Of a DNA stretch of 64,000 bases, positions 41,073-51,676 are shown one piece after another. Source of the DNA: Comamonadaceae bacterium (GTDB taxonomy: Bacteria; Pseudomonadota; Gammaproteobacteria; Burkholderiales; Burkholderiaceae_C); NCBI GenBank assembly GCA_947446885.1, contig CANFHZ010000001.1:11806-75805 (forward strand), given 5' to 3'. The notes under the pieces were generated by a model that ran no database searches, had not been told where the DNA came from, and saw only the letters and a list, made by a program, of their open reading frames with translations. The translations under genes and the position numbers were made by a program. The stretch's first letter is position 1. The number at the start of each line of letters is the position of its first letter.

Positions 41073-41705
41073 ATGCCCATCAAGAAATATTTCCTCACCG
41101 GCCTGATGGTCTGGCTGCCGCTGGCCATCACCTTGTGGGTGCTGAACTGGCTGCTGCAAACCCTCGACGGTGTGTCCCACTCCCTCCTGGCCGGATTGAC
41201 CGCCGTGACCTCCGACGCAACCGGTGAAGCCATCGTGCGTGCACTGGGCATTCCCGGCGTGGGCATTGCGGTGGTGCTGCTGTTTGTTATTACCACTGGC
41301 GCGCTGGTCTCCAACGTGGCGGGGCGCTGGTGGCTCAAGCAGTGGGATCAGTTGATCACCCGCATTCCAGTGTTTCGCTCGGTCTACAACAGCGTTAAAA
41401 AAGTGTCCGACACACTTTTCTCCAGCAACGGTAACGCGTTTCGCACGGCATTGCTGGTGCAGTTTCCGGCCCCCGGCCGCTGGACGATTGCCTTCCAGAC
41501 CGGTGAGCCAACCGGCGAGGTGGTGCGCCGCCTCGGTGAGGGCTTTATCAGCGTGTATGTGCCCACAACTCCCAACCCCACCGGCGGATATTTTCTGCTG
41601 CTGCCGCGTTCCGAAGTGATCGAATTAGAGATGAGCGTGGACGAGGCGCTGACCTACGTTCTGTCCATGGGCGCGGTCGCACCGACCGACCACGCCGCCC
41701 CCTGA
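41073..41705 (+). CDS. DUF502 family membrane protein
   Basis: YFLTGLMVWLPLAIT, RIPVFRSVY and YVPTTPNPTGGY. Confidence 0.9.
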   Translation: MPIKKYFLTGLMVWLPLAITLWVLNWLLQTLDGVSHSLLAGLTAVTSDATGEAIVRALGIPGVGIAVVLLFVITTGALVSNVAGRWWLKQWDQLITRIPVFRSVYNSVKKVSDTLFSSNGNAFRTALLVQFPAPGRWTIAFQTGEPTGEVVRRLGEGFISVYVPTTPNPTGGYFLLLPRSEVIELEMSVDEALTYVLSMGAVAPTDHAAP

Positions 41706-41750
41706 TGTCCTGTGAATGTGCGCCGGATTGACGGCGCGAAGAAAGAAGCT

Positions 41751-43562
41751 ATGTCCATGCGTTCCCACTATTGCGGTCTGGTGACCGAAGCCCTGATGGG
41801 CCAAACCGTATCGCTGTGCGGCTGGGTTAACCGGCGGCGCGACCACGGCGGCGTGATTTTTGTTGACTTGCGCGACCGCGAAGGCTATGTGCAAATCGTC
41901 TGCGATCCCGATCGCCCGGAGATGTTTGCCGTCGCGGAAGATTTGCGCAACGAGTTTTGTATTCAAGTGACCGGCCTGGTGCGCGCCCGCCCCGAAGGCA
42001 CGCAGAACGACAACCTCAAGAGCGGAAAAATCGAGGTGCTGTGCCATGCACTGACCGTGCTCAATCCCTCAGTTACGCCACCTTTCCAACTCGACGAGGA
42101 AAACCTCTCCGAGACCACGCGCCTCACGCACCGGGTGCTGGACCTGCGCCGCCCCTACATGCAGAACAACCTCATCCTGCGCTACCGCGTATCGATGGAG
42201 GTGCGCAAGTTTCTGGATGCCAACGGTTTCATTGACATTGAGACCCCGATGCTGACCAAGAGCACGCCCGAAGGTGCGCGCGATTATTTGGTTCCCAGCC
42301 GCGTCCATGACGGCCAGTTTTTCGCCCTTCCCCAAAGCCCGCAGCTCTTCAAGCAGCTGCTGATGGTGGCTGGCTTTGACCGCTACTACCAAATCACCAA
42401 GTGCTTCCGCGATGAAGATCTGCGCGCCGACCGCCAGCCCGAGTTCACCCAGATAGACATCGAGACCTCCTTCATGACCGAAGAGGAAATTCGGGCCATA
42501 TTCCAGCGCCTGATCACCACCGTGTTCCAGAACACTATTGGCGTGGACCTGGGCGAATTCCCGGTGATGCCTTATTCGGATGCCATGCACCGCTACGGTT
42601 CTGACAAGCCGGATCTGCGCATCGCCATGGAGTTCACCGAACTCACCGACGTGATGGCGGATGTGGACTTCAAAGTCTTCTCGGGTGCGGCGAACATGAA
42701 GGGTGGCCGTGTGGTCGCTTTGCGCGTGCCCGGCGGCGCGCGTGAAAGCGGTGGCCTGAGCCGTGGCGAGATTGATTCGTACACCGACTTTGTGAAAATT
42801 TACGGTGCCAAAGGTCTTGCCTATATCAAGGTCAACGAGCTGGCCAAGGGGCGTGACGGTTTGCAGTCGCCGATTGTCAAGAACATCCACGACGCCGCGC
42901 TGCAAGCCGTTCTCAGCCGCAGCGGTGCGCAAGACGGCGATCTGATCTTCTTCGGCGCCGACAAGGCCAAGATCGTCAACGACGCCATCGGTGCGCTGCG
43001 CCTGAAGATTGGCCTCAGCCCGTTCGGCAAGTCCAACGGTCTGTTCACGGCCGGCTGGCGTCCGCTGTGGGTGGTCGACTTTCCCATGTTTGACTACGAC
43101 GATGAGGCCCAGCGCTACACCGCCACCCACCACCCGTTTACTGCACCCAAAGACGGCCACGAAGACTGGATGGTCAGTGCGCCCGAGAAATGCATCTCCA
43201 AAGGCTACGACATGGTCTTGAACGGCTGGGAGATGGGCGGCGGATCGGTACGTATCCACCGCGCCGACGTCCAACAAAAAGTCTTTGACGCCCTGAAAAT
43301 TTCCCCCGAAGAAGCCCAGCTCAAGTTCGGCTTTTTGCTCGACGCGCTGCAATACGGTGCGCCCCCGCACGGCGGCCTGGCCTTCGGTCTGGACCGTATC
43401 GTCACGCTGATGACGGGTGCTGAATCCATCCGCGATGTGATTGCTTTCCCCAAGACCCAGCGTGCCCAATGCCTGCTGACCCAGGCCCCGAGCCCGGTCG
43501 ACGAGAAGCAGCTGCGCGAGCTGCATATCCGCTTGCGCAACCTCGAAGCCGCAAAGGCCTGA
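41751..43562 (+). CDS. aspS: Aspartate--tRNA ligase (probably non-discriminating Asp/Asn)
   Basis: [41 protein letters not shown] and [14 protein letters not shown]. Confidence 0.97.
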   Translation: MSMRSHYCGLVTEALMGQTVSLCGWVNRRRDHGGVIFVDLRDREGYVQIVCDPDRPEMFAVAEDLRNEFCIQVTGLVRARPEGTQNDNLKSGKIEVLCHALTVLNPSVTPPFQLDEENLSETTRLTHRVLDLRRPYMQNNLILRYRVSMEVRKFLDANGFIDIETPMLTKSTPEGARDYLVPSRVHDGQFFALPQSPQLFKQLLMVAGFDRYYQITKCFRDEDLRADRQPEFTQIDIETSFMTEEEIRAIFQRLITTVFQNTIGVDLGEFPVMPYSDAMHRYGSDKPDLRIAMEFTELTDVMADVDFKVFSGAANMKGGRVVALRVPGGARESGGLSRGEIDSYTDFVKIYGAKGLAYIKVNELAKGRDGLQSPIVKNIHDAALQAVLSRSGAQDGDLIFFGADKAKIVNDAIGALRLKIGLSPFGKSNGLFTAGWRPLWVVDFPMFDYDDEAQRYTATHHPFTAPKDGHEDWMVSAPEKCISKGYDMVLNGWEMGGGSVRIHRADVQQKVFDALKISPEEAQLKFGFLLDALQYGAPPHGGLAFGLDRIVTLMTGAESIRDVIAFPKTQRAQCLLTQAPSPVDEKQLRELHIRLRNLEAAKA

Positions 43563-43587
43563 AGCGCCGGGTAGCCAGGCCCGCCGC

Positions 43588-46134
43588 ATGCGCATTTCGT
43601 TCTGGTCCCTGGGTTGGCGCAGCCTGTGGCGCGATGTGCGCGCAGGCGAATTGCGGCTGGTGGTGCTCGCGGTCACGCTGGCCGTTGCGGCGCTGACCGC
43701 CGTGGGTTTTCTGGCCGACCGCCTGCAGGCGGGTTTGCAGCGCGATGCGCAGCAACTACTCGGCGGCGATGCCGTGGTCGCCAGTGACCGGCCCCTGGAG
43801 CCAGCCTATGCTGCGCAGGCTGCGACCTTGGGTTTGCGAACCGCCAACACCTTGTCGTTTCCCACCATGGCGCGCGCCGCTGCCGGACAGGGCGGGGCCA
43901 GCAAGCTGGTAGCACTCAAGGCGGTGGAGCCCGCGTACCCCTTGCGCGGCAGCCTGCGTACCGCACCCACCTTGGACGACGCGCTGGCAACGCCGCTACG
44001 CGATGCGCTGCAAACCGGTATTCCAGCCGAGGGCACGGTCTGGGTCGAAGCCCAACTGCTGGAGGCCTTAGGCCTGGTACCCGGCCAGCCTTTGCTGCTG
44101 GGCAACAGCAGCCTCACTATTGCCGCCGTGCTGACGCAGGAGCCGGACAAGGGCGCGGCCTTTATGAACTTCGCGCCCCGCGTGATGCTCAACGCCCTGG
44201 ACATGCCAGCCACCGGCCTGATTCAGCCCGCCAGCCGTGTCAACTACCGCATGGCGGTGGCAGGTGCCGCCGCGCAGACCAAGGCTTTTGAAGCATGGGC
44301 TGAACGCTTCATCCAAGCTGGTGTGGAGCGCAATGTGCGCGGCGTACGGCTGGAGTCTTTGCAGGGCGGACGGCCGGAATTGAGCCAGACGCTGGACCGG
44401 GCGGGCAAGTTTTTGAGTTTGGTGGCGCTCTTGTCGGCCCTGCTCAGCGCAGTGGCCGTGGCTTTGGCGGCGCGGGCTTTTGCTGCCGCGCATCTGGACG
44501 ATTGCGCCATGCTGCGCGTGCTCGGTTTGCCCCAGCGCACGATTGCCGCCAGTTACGTGGTGGAGTTTGCCTGGGTCGGCCTGTTTGCCAGTGCCTTGGG
44601 CTTGGTACTGGGCTACCTCTTGCACCATGTGTTTCTGGTCTTGCTGGCCGGTCTGGTCGAGACCCGCTTGCCCGCGCCCGGATGGGCCCCGGTGTTGTTG
44701 GGCGGTGGCATGGGATTGACATTGCTGTTTGCTTTCGGCTTGCCGCCGGTGTTGCAGTTGGCCCAGGTTCCACCCTTGCGGGTCATCCGGCGCGACCTGG
44801 GGCAGTTGCGGCCTGCCTCGGTCGGCGTTCTCGCTGTGGGTGTGGCCGGTTTTGCGGCACTGCTGATGGCGGTGAGCAGCGACCTCACGCTCGGTCTGAT
44901 TGCGGTGGGCGGTTTTGCTGCGGCGGTGCTGGTGTTTGCCGGTCTGGGCTGGCTGGCGATACAGCTGCTGCGCCGCAGCGTGAATGAGGCCACCGCGCCG
45001 CGCGCGCTGGTGTTGGCCACACGGCAAATCACGGCGCGGCCCGCGTACACCGTGGTGCAGATCAGCGCGCTGGCCGTGGGTTTGCTGGCGCTGGTGTTGC
45101 TGGTGCTGCTGCGCACCGATTTAATCAGCGGTTGGCGCAATTCCACGCCGCCCGATGCGCCCAACCGCTTTGTGATCAACCTCATGCCCGAGCAGGCCCA
45201 GTCTTTTCAGCAGGCGCTGCGTGATGCCGGGGTGCAGAAGTTTGATTGGTACCCCATGATCCGGGGGCGTTTGGTGGCCGTGAACGGACGCAGCGTCTCC
45301 GCCCAGGATTACGACGATGAACGCGCCCGCAGGCTGGTTGAGCGCGAGTTCAACCTTTCGCACAGCGCCGTGCAACCGCCCAACAACACGATCACGGCCG
45401 GGCGCTGGCAGCCCGAGGAGCTGGGGGCCATCAGCATCGAAGAAGGCCTGGCCAAGACCTTGCGCTTGAAGCGTGGTGATGTGCTGCGTTTCGAGATAGC
45501 GGGTGTGCCCATCGACTCGACCATCACCTCGCTGCGCAAGGTGGATTGGGCCTCGATGCGGGCCAACTTCTTTGCGCTCTACCCGGTGTCGGCCATGCCG
45601 GATTTACCGGTCACCTACTTGAGTGCCTTCAAAGCACCGCCGGTGCGCGGCTTTGACAACGCCCTGGTCCGGCAGTTTCCCAACATCACCGCCACCGACG
45701 TGGGCAGCGCGATTGCGCAATTGCAAAAAGTACTGGACCAGGTGATTGCCGCCGTGGAATTTTTGTTTGTGTTCACTTTGGCAGCCGGGTTGGTGGTCTT
45801 GTTTGCGGCGGTAAGCGCCACCCGCGAGGACCGGGCCCGCGAGTACGCCATCATGCGGGCGGTAGGGGCGGGGAGCGCCTTATTGCGCCAGGTGCAGCGT
45901 ATCGAGTTGATCGGCGTGGGCCTGCTCGCGGGCTTTTTGGCCTCGCTGCTGGCCAGCGCCGTGGGCTGGGCCTTGGCGCACTATGTGTTTGATTTCACCT
46001 GGGTGGTGTCGCTGTGGGTTCCGCTGGCCGGCGCACTGGCGGGTGCCGCGCTGGCCCTGGCGGCAGGGTGGTGGGGCTTGCGCGAGGTGCTCAAGCGCCC
46101 GGTGATGCAGACTTTGCGCCAGGCGGCAACCTGA
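43588..46134 (+). CDS. ABC transporter permease, YbbP/FtsX-like (two FtsX domains)
   Basis: RSLWRDVRAGE, LKAVEPAYPLRG, PNRFVINL, REFNLS and SLRKVDWASMRANF. Confidence 0.88.
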   Translation: MRISFWSLGWRSLWRDVRAGELRLVVLAVTLAVAALTAVGFLADRLQAGLQRDAQQLLGGDAVVASDRPLEPAYAAQAATLGLRTANTLSFPTMARAAAGQGGASKLVALKAVEPAYPLRGSLRTAPTLDDALATPLRDALQTGIPAEGTVWVEAQLLEALGLVPGQPLLLGNSSLTIAAVLTQEPDKGAAFMNFAPRVMLNALDMPATGLIQPASRVNYRMAVAGAAAQTKAFEAWAERFIQAGVERNVRGVRLESLQGGRPELSQTLDRAGKFLSLVALLSALLSAVAVALAARAFAAAHLDDCAMLRVLGLPQRTIAASYVVEFAWVGLFASALGLVLGYLLHHVFLVLLAGLVETRLPAPGWAPVLLGGGMGLTLLFAFGLPPVLQLAQVPPLRVIRRDLGQLRPASVGVLAVGVAGFAALLMAVSSDLTLGLIAVGGFAAAVLVFAGLGWLAIQLLRRSVNEATAPRALVLATRQITARPAYTVVQISALAVGLLALVLLVLLRTDLISGWRNSTPPDAPNRFVINLMPEQAQSFQQALRDAGVQKFDWYPMIRGRLVAVNGRSVSAQDYDDERARRLVEREFNLSHSAVQPPNNTITAGRWQPEELGAISIEEGLAKTLRLKRGDVLRFEIAGVPIDSTITSLRKVDWASMRANFFALYPVSAMPDLPVTYLSAFKAPPVRGFDNALVRQFPNITATDVGSAIAQLQKVLDQVIAAVEFLFVFTLAAGLVVLFAAVSATREDRAREYAIMRAVGAGSALLRQVQRIELIGVGLLAGFLASLLASAVGWALAHYVFDFTWVVSLWVPLAGALAGAALALAAGWWGLREVLKRPVMQTLRQAAT

Positions 46135-46167
46135 GCGCGCCTCGGCAGGCCGGGCTTGCCAAGCCCC

Positions 46168-47274
46168 TTAGGTCGCAGCTTCGCTGCACTGGTAGCTCGC
46201 CTTTTGCAGCCAATCCGGGTTGATTTCTACCCCCCAGCCCGGCGCGTCGCTGACTTGTACGTGGCCCTTATCGACGTCGTAGGGCGAGCGCACAAACAGG
46301 TTTTGCTGCCAGGGGTAATAGTCTGCGCCTTCAATTGAGAACTCCAGATATTTGCCCGGATTGGGAATTGCGCACAGCAGGTGCATGGTGAACAGCGTCA
46401 CCATGCCAAGGTTGGCGCTGTGCGGCGTGCAGGGCAAGCCGGCCGCGTGGCCCAGGTGCGCGACCTGCATGCTGCGCGTCATGCCGCCCATGTAGCACAC
46501 ATCCGGCTGGATGATGTCGACCACTTTCGTATCAATCATGTGCTTCCACAGCGGCATCAGGCAGTCCTGCTCACCGCCGGTCACGTCCAGCGACAGGGCT
46601 TCTCGCACTTCGCGGGTCTGGTCCATTTCCCAATACAGGCAGGGCTCTTCAAAGTGGCAGACGCCGTTGTCTTGCAGCATCCGGCCCACCTCGATGGCAC
46701 GCTTGGGCGTGAAGCAGCTGTTGGCGTCTACCAGCAGCTCCACGGTGTCGCCCAGCGCTTTGCGCACGGCGGGAACAATCGCTTCGGTGCGGCCCGGCCA
46801 TTCGTCTTTGTCGTTGCCGTATTCCGAGCCCACGCGGAACTTGAAAGCATCAAAACCATCGCGGTCGCGCAGTGCCAGCAGGCGCGCGGCTTCGTCTTGC
46901 GGCGTGATGTCGCGGCGCATGCTGGACGCATAGGCCCGCAGCGCACGCGGCTTGCCGCCCAGGAGTTCACACACCGGCTTCTGGTGCAATTTTCCTTGCA
47001 GATCCCACAGCGCCGTTTCCACGCCGCACAGGGCGCGCATGATGTACGAGCCGGGAAACTTGTGCTCGCGCAGCGGAATCAGCGTGCTCAAGCCCGCCAT
47101 ATCGTCGGCGGCGCAGCCCAGCGCCCAGGGTGCGACCTGCCGGTGCACGATTTGGGCGGTGATGTCGGCGTGGTAGGTCGAGGTCTGGCCCCAGCCCTGG
47201 TGTCCGCTGTCGGTGGTCACGCGGACAAAAGCAACAAACGGATCGGCAAAGGTTTCAATGCGTTGGATTTTCAT
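46168..47274 (-). CDS. Mandelate racemase/muconate lactonizing enzyme (enolase superfamily) protein
   Basis: Capping domain VRVTTDSGHQGWG. Barrel motifs KFRVG, LVDANS, FEEP, GGEQD, QPDV and PHSAN. Confidence 0.92.
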   Translation of the reverse strand: MKIQRIETFADPFVAFVRVTTDSGHQGWGQTSTYHADITAQIVHRQVAPWALGCAADDMAGLSTLIPLREHKFPGSYIMRALCGVETALWDLQGKLHQKPVCELLGGKPRALRAYASSMRRDITPQDEAARLLALRDRDGFDAFKFRVGSEYGNDKDEWPGRTEAIVPAVRKALGDTVELLVDANSCFTPKRAIEVGRMLQDNGVCHFEEPCLYWEMDQTREVREALSLDVTGGEQDCLMPLWKHMIDTKVVDIIQPDVCYMGGMTRSMQVAHLGHAAGLPCTPHSANLGMVTLFTMHLLCAIPNPGKYLEFSIEGADYYPWQQNLFVRSPYDVDKGHVQVSDAPGWGVEINPDWLQKASYQCSEAAT

Positions 47275-47377
47275 GGTGTGGGGGCAGGTAGGTGTCGCTA
47301 TCGCTGGGATGGAGGCCGCCACTGGCGCGGCCGCTGGCTGACACGGAGTGTAAAACCCACCCAGTACAGTTCCCGAA

Positions 47378-49018
47378 ATGACGCTTATGCAAACCTTTGA
47401 CTACATCATCGTCGGCGCCGGTTCCGCCGGGTGCGTGCTCGCCAACCGCTTGAGCGCCTCGGGCGCGCACAGCGTGCTGCTGCTGGAGGCGGGCGGCGCG
47501 GATCACCACTTCTGGCTCAAAGCGCCGATTGGTTATGGCATGACCTTCTACAACCCCAAGGTCAACTGGATGTACCGCACCGAGCCGGACGCCGCTTTGG
47601 CCGGGCGCAGCGGCTACTGGCCACGCGGGCGCGTGCTGGGTGGGTCGAGCAGCATCAACGGCATGGTCTTCGTGCGCGGCCAACCGCAGGACTTTGACGA
47701 CTGGGCCGCTTGTGGAAACCCCGGTTGGAGCTGGGCTGATGTATTACCTTATTTCAAGCGCCTGGAAGACAGCGACATGGCCAGCGGTGGCCCCGACGAT
47801 TGGCGCGGGCAGGGCGGCCCGCTGCATGTCAGCGATGTGCGCGGGCAGGTGCATCCGCTGTGCCGCGATTTTCTGCAGGCCGGTGCCGAGCTGGGCCTGC
47901 CGGCCACCGACGACATCAACGGTCCGCAGTGGGAGGGCGTGACCATCAACCAGATCACCACCCGCAAAGGCCTGCGCGAATCGGCCAGCACGGCCTATCT
48001 GCGCCCGGCACTCAAGCGGCCCAACTTGCAGCTGATCACGCATGCGCTGGTCGAGCGTGTGGTATTTAAGGGGCAGCGCGCCAGCGCTGTGCAGTGTGTG
48101 GTGGACGGTCAAGGGCTGGTGGCGCAGGCGCGGCGTGAGGTGCTGGTGTGTGGCGGTGCGGTCAACTCACCGGCCTTGCTGCAGCTTTCGGGCGTGGGCG
48201 ATGCGGAGTTCTTGCGTGGCAAAGGCATTAGGCCCGTGCACCACGCCGCCGCGGTGGGGCGGCATATGCAAGACCATTTGTGCCACGACCACAGCTATGT
48301 GGCGCGCAAGCCTTCGCTCAACCAGACCTTCGGCACCTGGGGCGGCAAGCTCTGGGCGGGGCTGCGCTACGTGCTGGCCCGGCGCGGCCCCATGGCGCTG
48401 GGCATCAACCACGCAGGCGGCTTTGTGCGCTCGGACGCCGACGAGACGCGGCCCAACTTTCAGCTCTACTTTTCGCCGCTCACCTACTCCAAGCCCACGC
48501 CCGGCAAGCGCCAGCTGCTCAAGCCCGACGCCCAGCCGGGTTTCAGCATCAGCGTGCAACCCTGCCGCCCCACCAGCCGGGGCTTTATTGAAATCCGCGA
48601 CGCCGACCCGCGTACGCCCCCGCGCATCGTCACCAACGCGCTGAGCACCGACTACGACGTAGAGCAGATGCGCAAAGCCGCACTTTTCATCCGCCGCTTC
48701 TCGCAAACGCCCACCATGCGGGCACTGATTTCCCGCGAGATTTCCCCCGGCCCCAGCTGCCAGGGCGCGGACGCTTTGCTGCAAGACGCACGCGAACGTG
48801 CCGGTACCTTGTTCCACCCTGTCAGCACCTGCCGCATGGGGTCGGACCCGGCGCATTCGGTCGTCAACGCCCGCCTGCAAGTCCATGGCCTGCAGGGTTT
48901 GCGCGTGGTCGATGCCTCGGTCTTCCCCATGGTCACCTCCGGGAATACCAACGCACCCACGCTCATGTTGGCGGAGCGGGCGGCGGACTGGATATTGGAG
49001 GCGGCGCACAGCCGATAA
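47378..49018 (+). CDS. GMC family FAD oxidoreductase (choline dehydrogenase-like)
   Basis: DYIIVGAGSAGCVLANRLS, RGRVLGGSSSING, VGRHMQDH, FHPVSTCRMG and GNTNAP. The start may be at 47387. Confidence 0.93.
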   Translation: MTLMQTFDYIIVGAGSAGCVLANRLSASGAHSVLLLEAGGADHHFWLKAPIGYGMTFYNPKVNWMYRTEPDAALAGRSGYWPRGRVLGGSSSINGMVFVRGQPQDFDDWAACGNPGWSWADVLPYFKRLEDSDMASGGPDDWRGQGGPLHVSDVRGQVHPLCRDFLQAGAELGLPATDDINGPQWEGVTINQITTRKGLRESASTAYLRPALKRPNLQLITHALVERVVFKGQRASAVQCVVDGQGLVAQARREVLVCGGAVNSPALLQLSGVGDAEFLRGKGIRPVHHAAAVGRHMQDHLCHDHSYVARKPSLNQTFGTWGGKLWAGLRYVLARRGPMALGINHAGGFVRSDADETRPNFQLYFSPLTYSKPTPGKRQLLKPDAQPGFSISVQPCRPTSRGFIEIRDADPRTPPRIVTNALSTDYDVEQMRKAALFIRRFSQTPTMRALISREISPGPSCQGADALLQDARERAGTLFHPVSTCRMGSDPAHSVVNARLQVHGLQGLRVVDASVFPMVTSGNTNAPTLMLAERAADWILEAAHSR

Positions 49019-49053
49019 TCCTCCGCTTACCTTTCACCTCCCCAAGACACGCA

Positions 49054-50715
49054 ATGGCTCAATACGTTTTCTCCATGAACCGGGTCGGCAAGATCGTGCC
49101 GCCCAAGCGCCACATCCTTAAAGACATTTCGCTCAGCTTTTTCCCCGGTGCCAAGATCGGCGTGCTGGGCACCAACGGCTCGGGCAAGTCCACGCTGCTG
49201 AAAATCATGGCGGGTCTCGATACCGAGATTGAAGGCGAAGCCATTCCCATGGCGGGTTTGCAAATCGGCTACCTGCCGCAGGAGCCCAAGCTCGACGACA
49301 GCCAGACCGTGCGCGAAAGTGTGGAGACCGGCATGGGCAAGGTGTTTGCTGCCAAAGCGCGTCTGGAAGAGGTCTACGCCGCTTATGCTGAGGAAGACGC
49401 TGACTTTGACGCCCTGGCCGCTGAGCAGGCGAATCTGGAAGCCATCATCGCCACCGCTGGCACCGACTCGGAACACCAGCTTGAAATCGCCGCCGACGCG
49501 CTGCGTCTGCCGCCTTGGGACGCGAAGATCGGCGTGCTGTCGGGTGGCGAAAAACGCCGCGTGGCGCTGTGCCAGTTGCTGCTCTCCAAGCCTGACATGC
49601 TGCTGCTGGACGAGCCGACCAACCATTTGGACGCGGAGTCGGTGGACTGGCTGGAGCAGTTTTTGCAGCGCTACCCGGGCACCGTGGTGGCTATTACCCA
49701 TGACCGCTACTTTCTGGACAACGCCGCCGAGTGGATTTTGGAGCTCGACCGCGGCTCCGGCATTCCCTACAAAGGCAATTACAGCGACTGGCTGAGCCAG
49801 AAGCAGGCGCGCCTGGAAGCCGAACAAAAAGGCGAGGAGGCCCGCGCCAAGGCGCTGAAGAAGGAACTCGAATGGTCGCGCCAGAACCCCAAGGCCCGCC
49901 AGGCCAAGAGCAAAGCGCGTCTGGCCCGTTTTGAAGAGCTCAGCGACTTTGAATACCAGCAGCGCAACGAAACCAACGAGATCTTCATCCCCGTGGCCGA
50001 CCGGCTGGGCCAGGAGGTGATCGAGTTTGTAGGCGTCACCAAGTCGTTTGGCGATCGCGTGCTGATCGACAACCTGAGTTTCAAGATTCCGCCCGGCGCC
50101 ATCGTCGGCATCATCGGCCCCAACGGCGCGGGCAAGTCCACCCTGTTCAAGATGATTGCCGGGCGCGAGAAGCCCGATTCCGGCGAGGTCAAAATCGGGC
50201 AGACCGTGAAGATGGCTTTTGTGGACCAGTCGCGCGACAGCCTGGAGAACGACAAAACCGTGTGGGAAGACGTCTCGGGCGGCCTGGACATCCTGAACGT
50301 GGGCAAGTTCCAGATGGCCAGCCGCGCGTACTGCGGGCGCTTCAACTTCAACGGCGCGGACCAGCAGAAAAAAGTCGGCATGCTCTCCGGCGGTGAGCGC
50401 GGGCGCTTGCATCTGGCCAAAACCCTGATTGCCGGTGGTAATGTGCTCATGCTGGACGAGCCGTCCAACGACCTCGACGTGGAAACCCTGCGTGCGCTGG
50501 AAGACGCCTTGCTGGAGTTTGCCGGCACGCTGCTGGTCATCAGCCATGACCGCTGGTTTCTGGACCGTATTGCCACCCACATCCTGGCCGCCGAGGGCGA
50601 CAGCCAGTGGGTGTACTTTGACGGCAATTACCAGGAATACGAGGCCGACAAACGCCGCCGTTTGGGCGAAGAGGGCGCGAAGCCCAAGCGCGTGCGCTTC
50701 AAGGCACTCAAGTAG
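49054..50715 (+). CDS. ettA: Energy-dependent translational throttle ABC-F protein
   Basis: MAQYVFSM..VGKIVPPKR, two NBDs (GTNGSGKST, GPNGAGKST), LSGGE signatures and the PtIM linker. Confidence 0.96.
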   Translation: MAQYVFSMNRVGKIVPPKRHILKDISLSFFPGAKIGVLGTNGSGKSTLLKIMAGLDTEIEGEAIPMAGLQIGYLPQEPKLDDSQTVRESVETGMGKVFAAKARLEEVYAAYAEEDADFDALAAEQANLEAIIATAGTDSEHQLEIAADALRLPPWDAKIGVLSGGEKRRVALCQLLLSKPDMLLLDEPTNHLDAESVDWLEQFLQRYPGTVVAITHDRYFLDNAAEWILELDRGSGIPYKGNYSDWLSQKQARLEAEQKGEEARAKALKKELEWSRQNPKARQAKSKARLARFEELSDFEYQQRNETNEIFIPVADRLGQEVIEFVGVTKSFGDRVLIDNLSFKIPPGAIVGIIGPNGAGKSTLFKMIAGREKPDSGEVKIGQTVKMAFVDQSRDSLENDKTVWEDVSGGLDILNVGKFQMASRAYCGRFNFNGADQQKKVGMLSGGERGRLHLAKTLIAGGNVLMLDEPSNDLDVETLRALEDALLEFAGTLLVISHDRWFLDRIATHILAAEGDSQWVYFDGNYQEYEADKRRRLGEEGAKPKRVRFKALK

Positions 50716-51676
50716 TTTCTGCGTCGGCGTCGGCGTCGGCTGGGGTGGTCGGCGTCGGCGTTGGCTTGCGGTTGACCAGCGTGATGCCGAAAATCACCGC
50801 CGCCAGCGCGGCCACCAGTTCGACATGCACCGGCTCGCTCAGCCACAGCGCACCGAAAATCAGCGCAAACACCGGGGTTGACAGCGCAAAAGCCCCGATT
50901 TTGGTGGCCGGGTAACGCCCCAGCATCCACATCCAGACCAGGTAGCTGGCAAAGCCGCCCACCACCGATTGCAGCGCCAGCGAAGTGATGGCAAAGGGGC
51001 TGAAGCTGCTGACCCACACGTCGCCCAGAACCAGCGACAACGCGGCGGAAACCAGCGCGGTGCTGCCGACTTGGTAGAACAGCAGCTTCTCGGCGCTGGC
51101 GCGCATCAGCCGCTGGCTGCTGCGGATGGTGACCGTGGTCATGGCCCAGAACAGACCGCTGGCTAGGCCCAGGATGTCGCCCCAGTGTTGCGACGCGGTT
51201 TGCCCGCGCAGCAAGCCGTCGCGCAGGGTGTAGGCCACCGCCAGAAAAGCCAGCAGCAAGCCGATCCATTGCAGTGCGCGTAATCGCTCCGAGCGGATCA
51301 CCCAGGGCAAGATGAGCGCAGCCCATAGCGGCGAGGCATACAAAAAAACCGTCAGGCGCGAGGCAGGGATGTACTGCAGCCCCAAAAACACGCAGAGCAT
51401 TTCGCCCGAAAACAGGACACCGACCAGCAGGCCGGGCCACAGGCTGCCATCACGCTCAAAAAGCGCAATGCCGCGCAAACGGCACCAGACCATCAGGCAC
51501 GCTGTGGATGCGGTAAAGCGCAGCATGGCCTGGAATGCGGCCGGCATTTCGGCCAGCGTGGCCTTGACCAGCACCTGTTGCAAACCCCAAAAAGCGCAGC
51601 AGCTCAGCAGCAGGGCAGCCGCAGGCAGGCCCAGATGGTCTCTGCGCGGATGGCCCGCGCTGTCAGCGTCTGCCAT
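50708..51676 (-). CDS. DMT/EamA family transporter
   Basis: FWGLQQVLVK, LTVFLYASP and EKLLFYQ, with about 10 TM helices. Confidence 0.88.
   Translation of the reverse strand: MADADSAGHPRRDHLGLPAAALLLSCCAFWGLQQVLVKATLAEMPAAFQAMLRFTASTACLMVWCRLRGIALFERDGSLWPGLLVGVLFSGEMLCVFLGLQYIPASRLTVFLYASPLWAALILPWVIRSERLRALQWIGLLLAFLAVAYTLRDGLLRGQTASQHWGDILGLASGLFWAMTTVTIRSSQRLMRASAEKLLFYQVGSTALVSAALSLVLGDVWVSSFSPFAITSLALQSVVGGFASYLVWMWMLGRYPATKIGAFALSTPVFALIFGALWLSEPVHVELVAALAAVIFGITLVNRKPTPTPTTPADADADAETT

Noticed and set aside
42069-43676. 535-aa minus-strand ORF opposite aspS (likewise 1351-3120, 14666-16147, 29375-30646, 49027-50580)
   Set aside because: Same shadow-ORF artefact opposite well-supported genes.
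50721-50766. (GCGTCG)n short tandem repeats at the DMT 3' end
   Set aside because: Only three perfect units, in frame, encoding a PTPT/ADAD tail. Too short to argue for phase variation.
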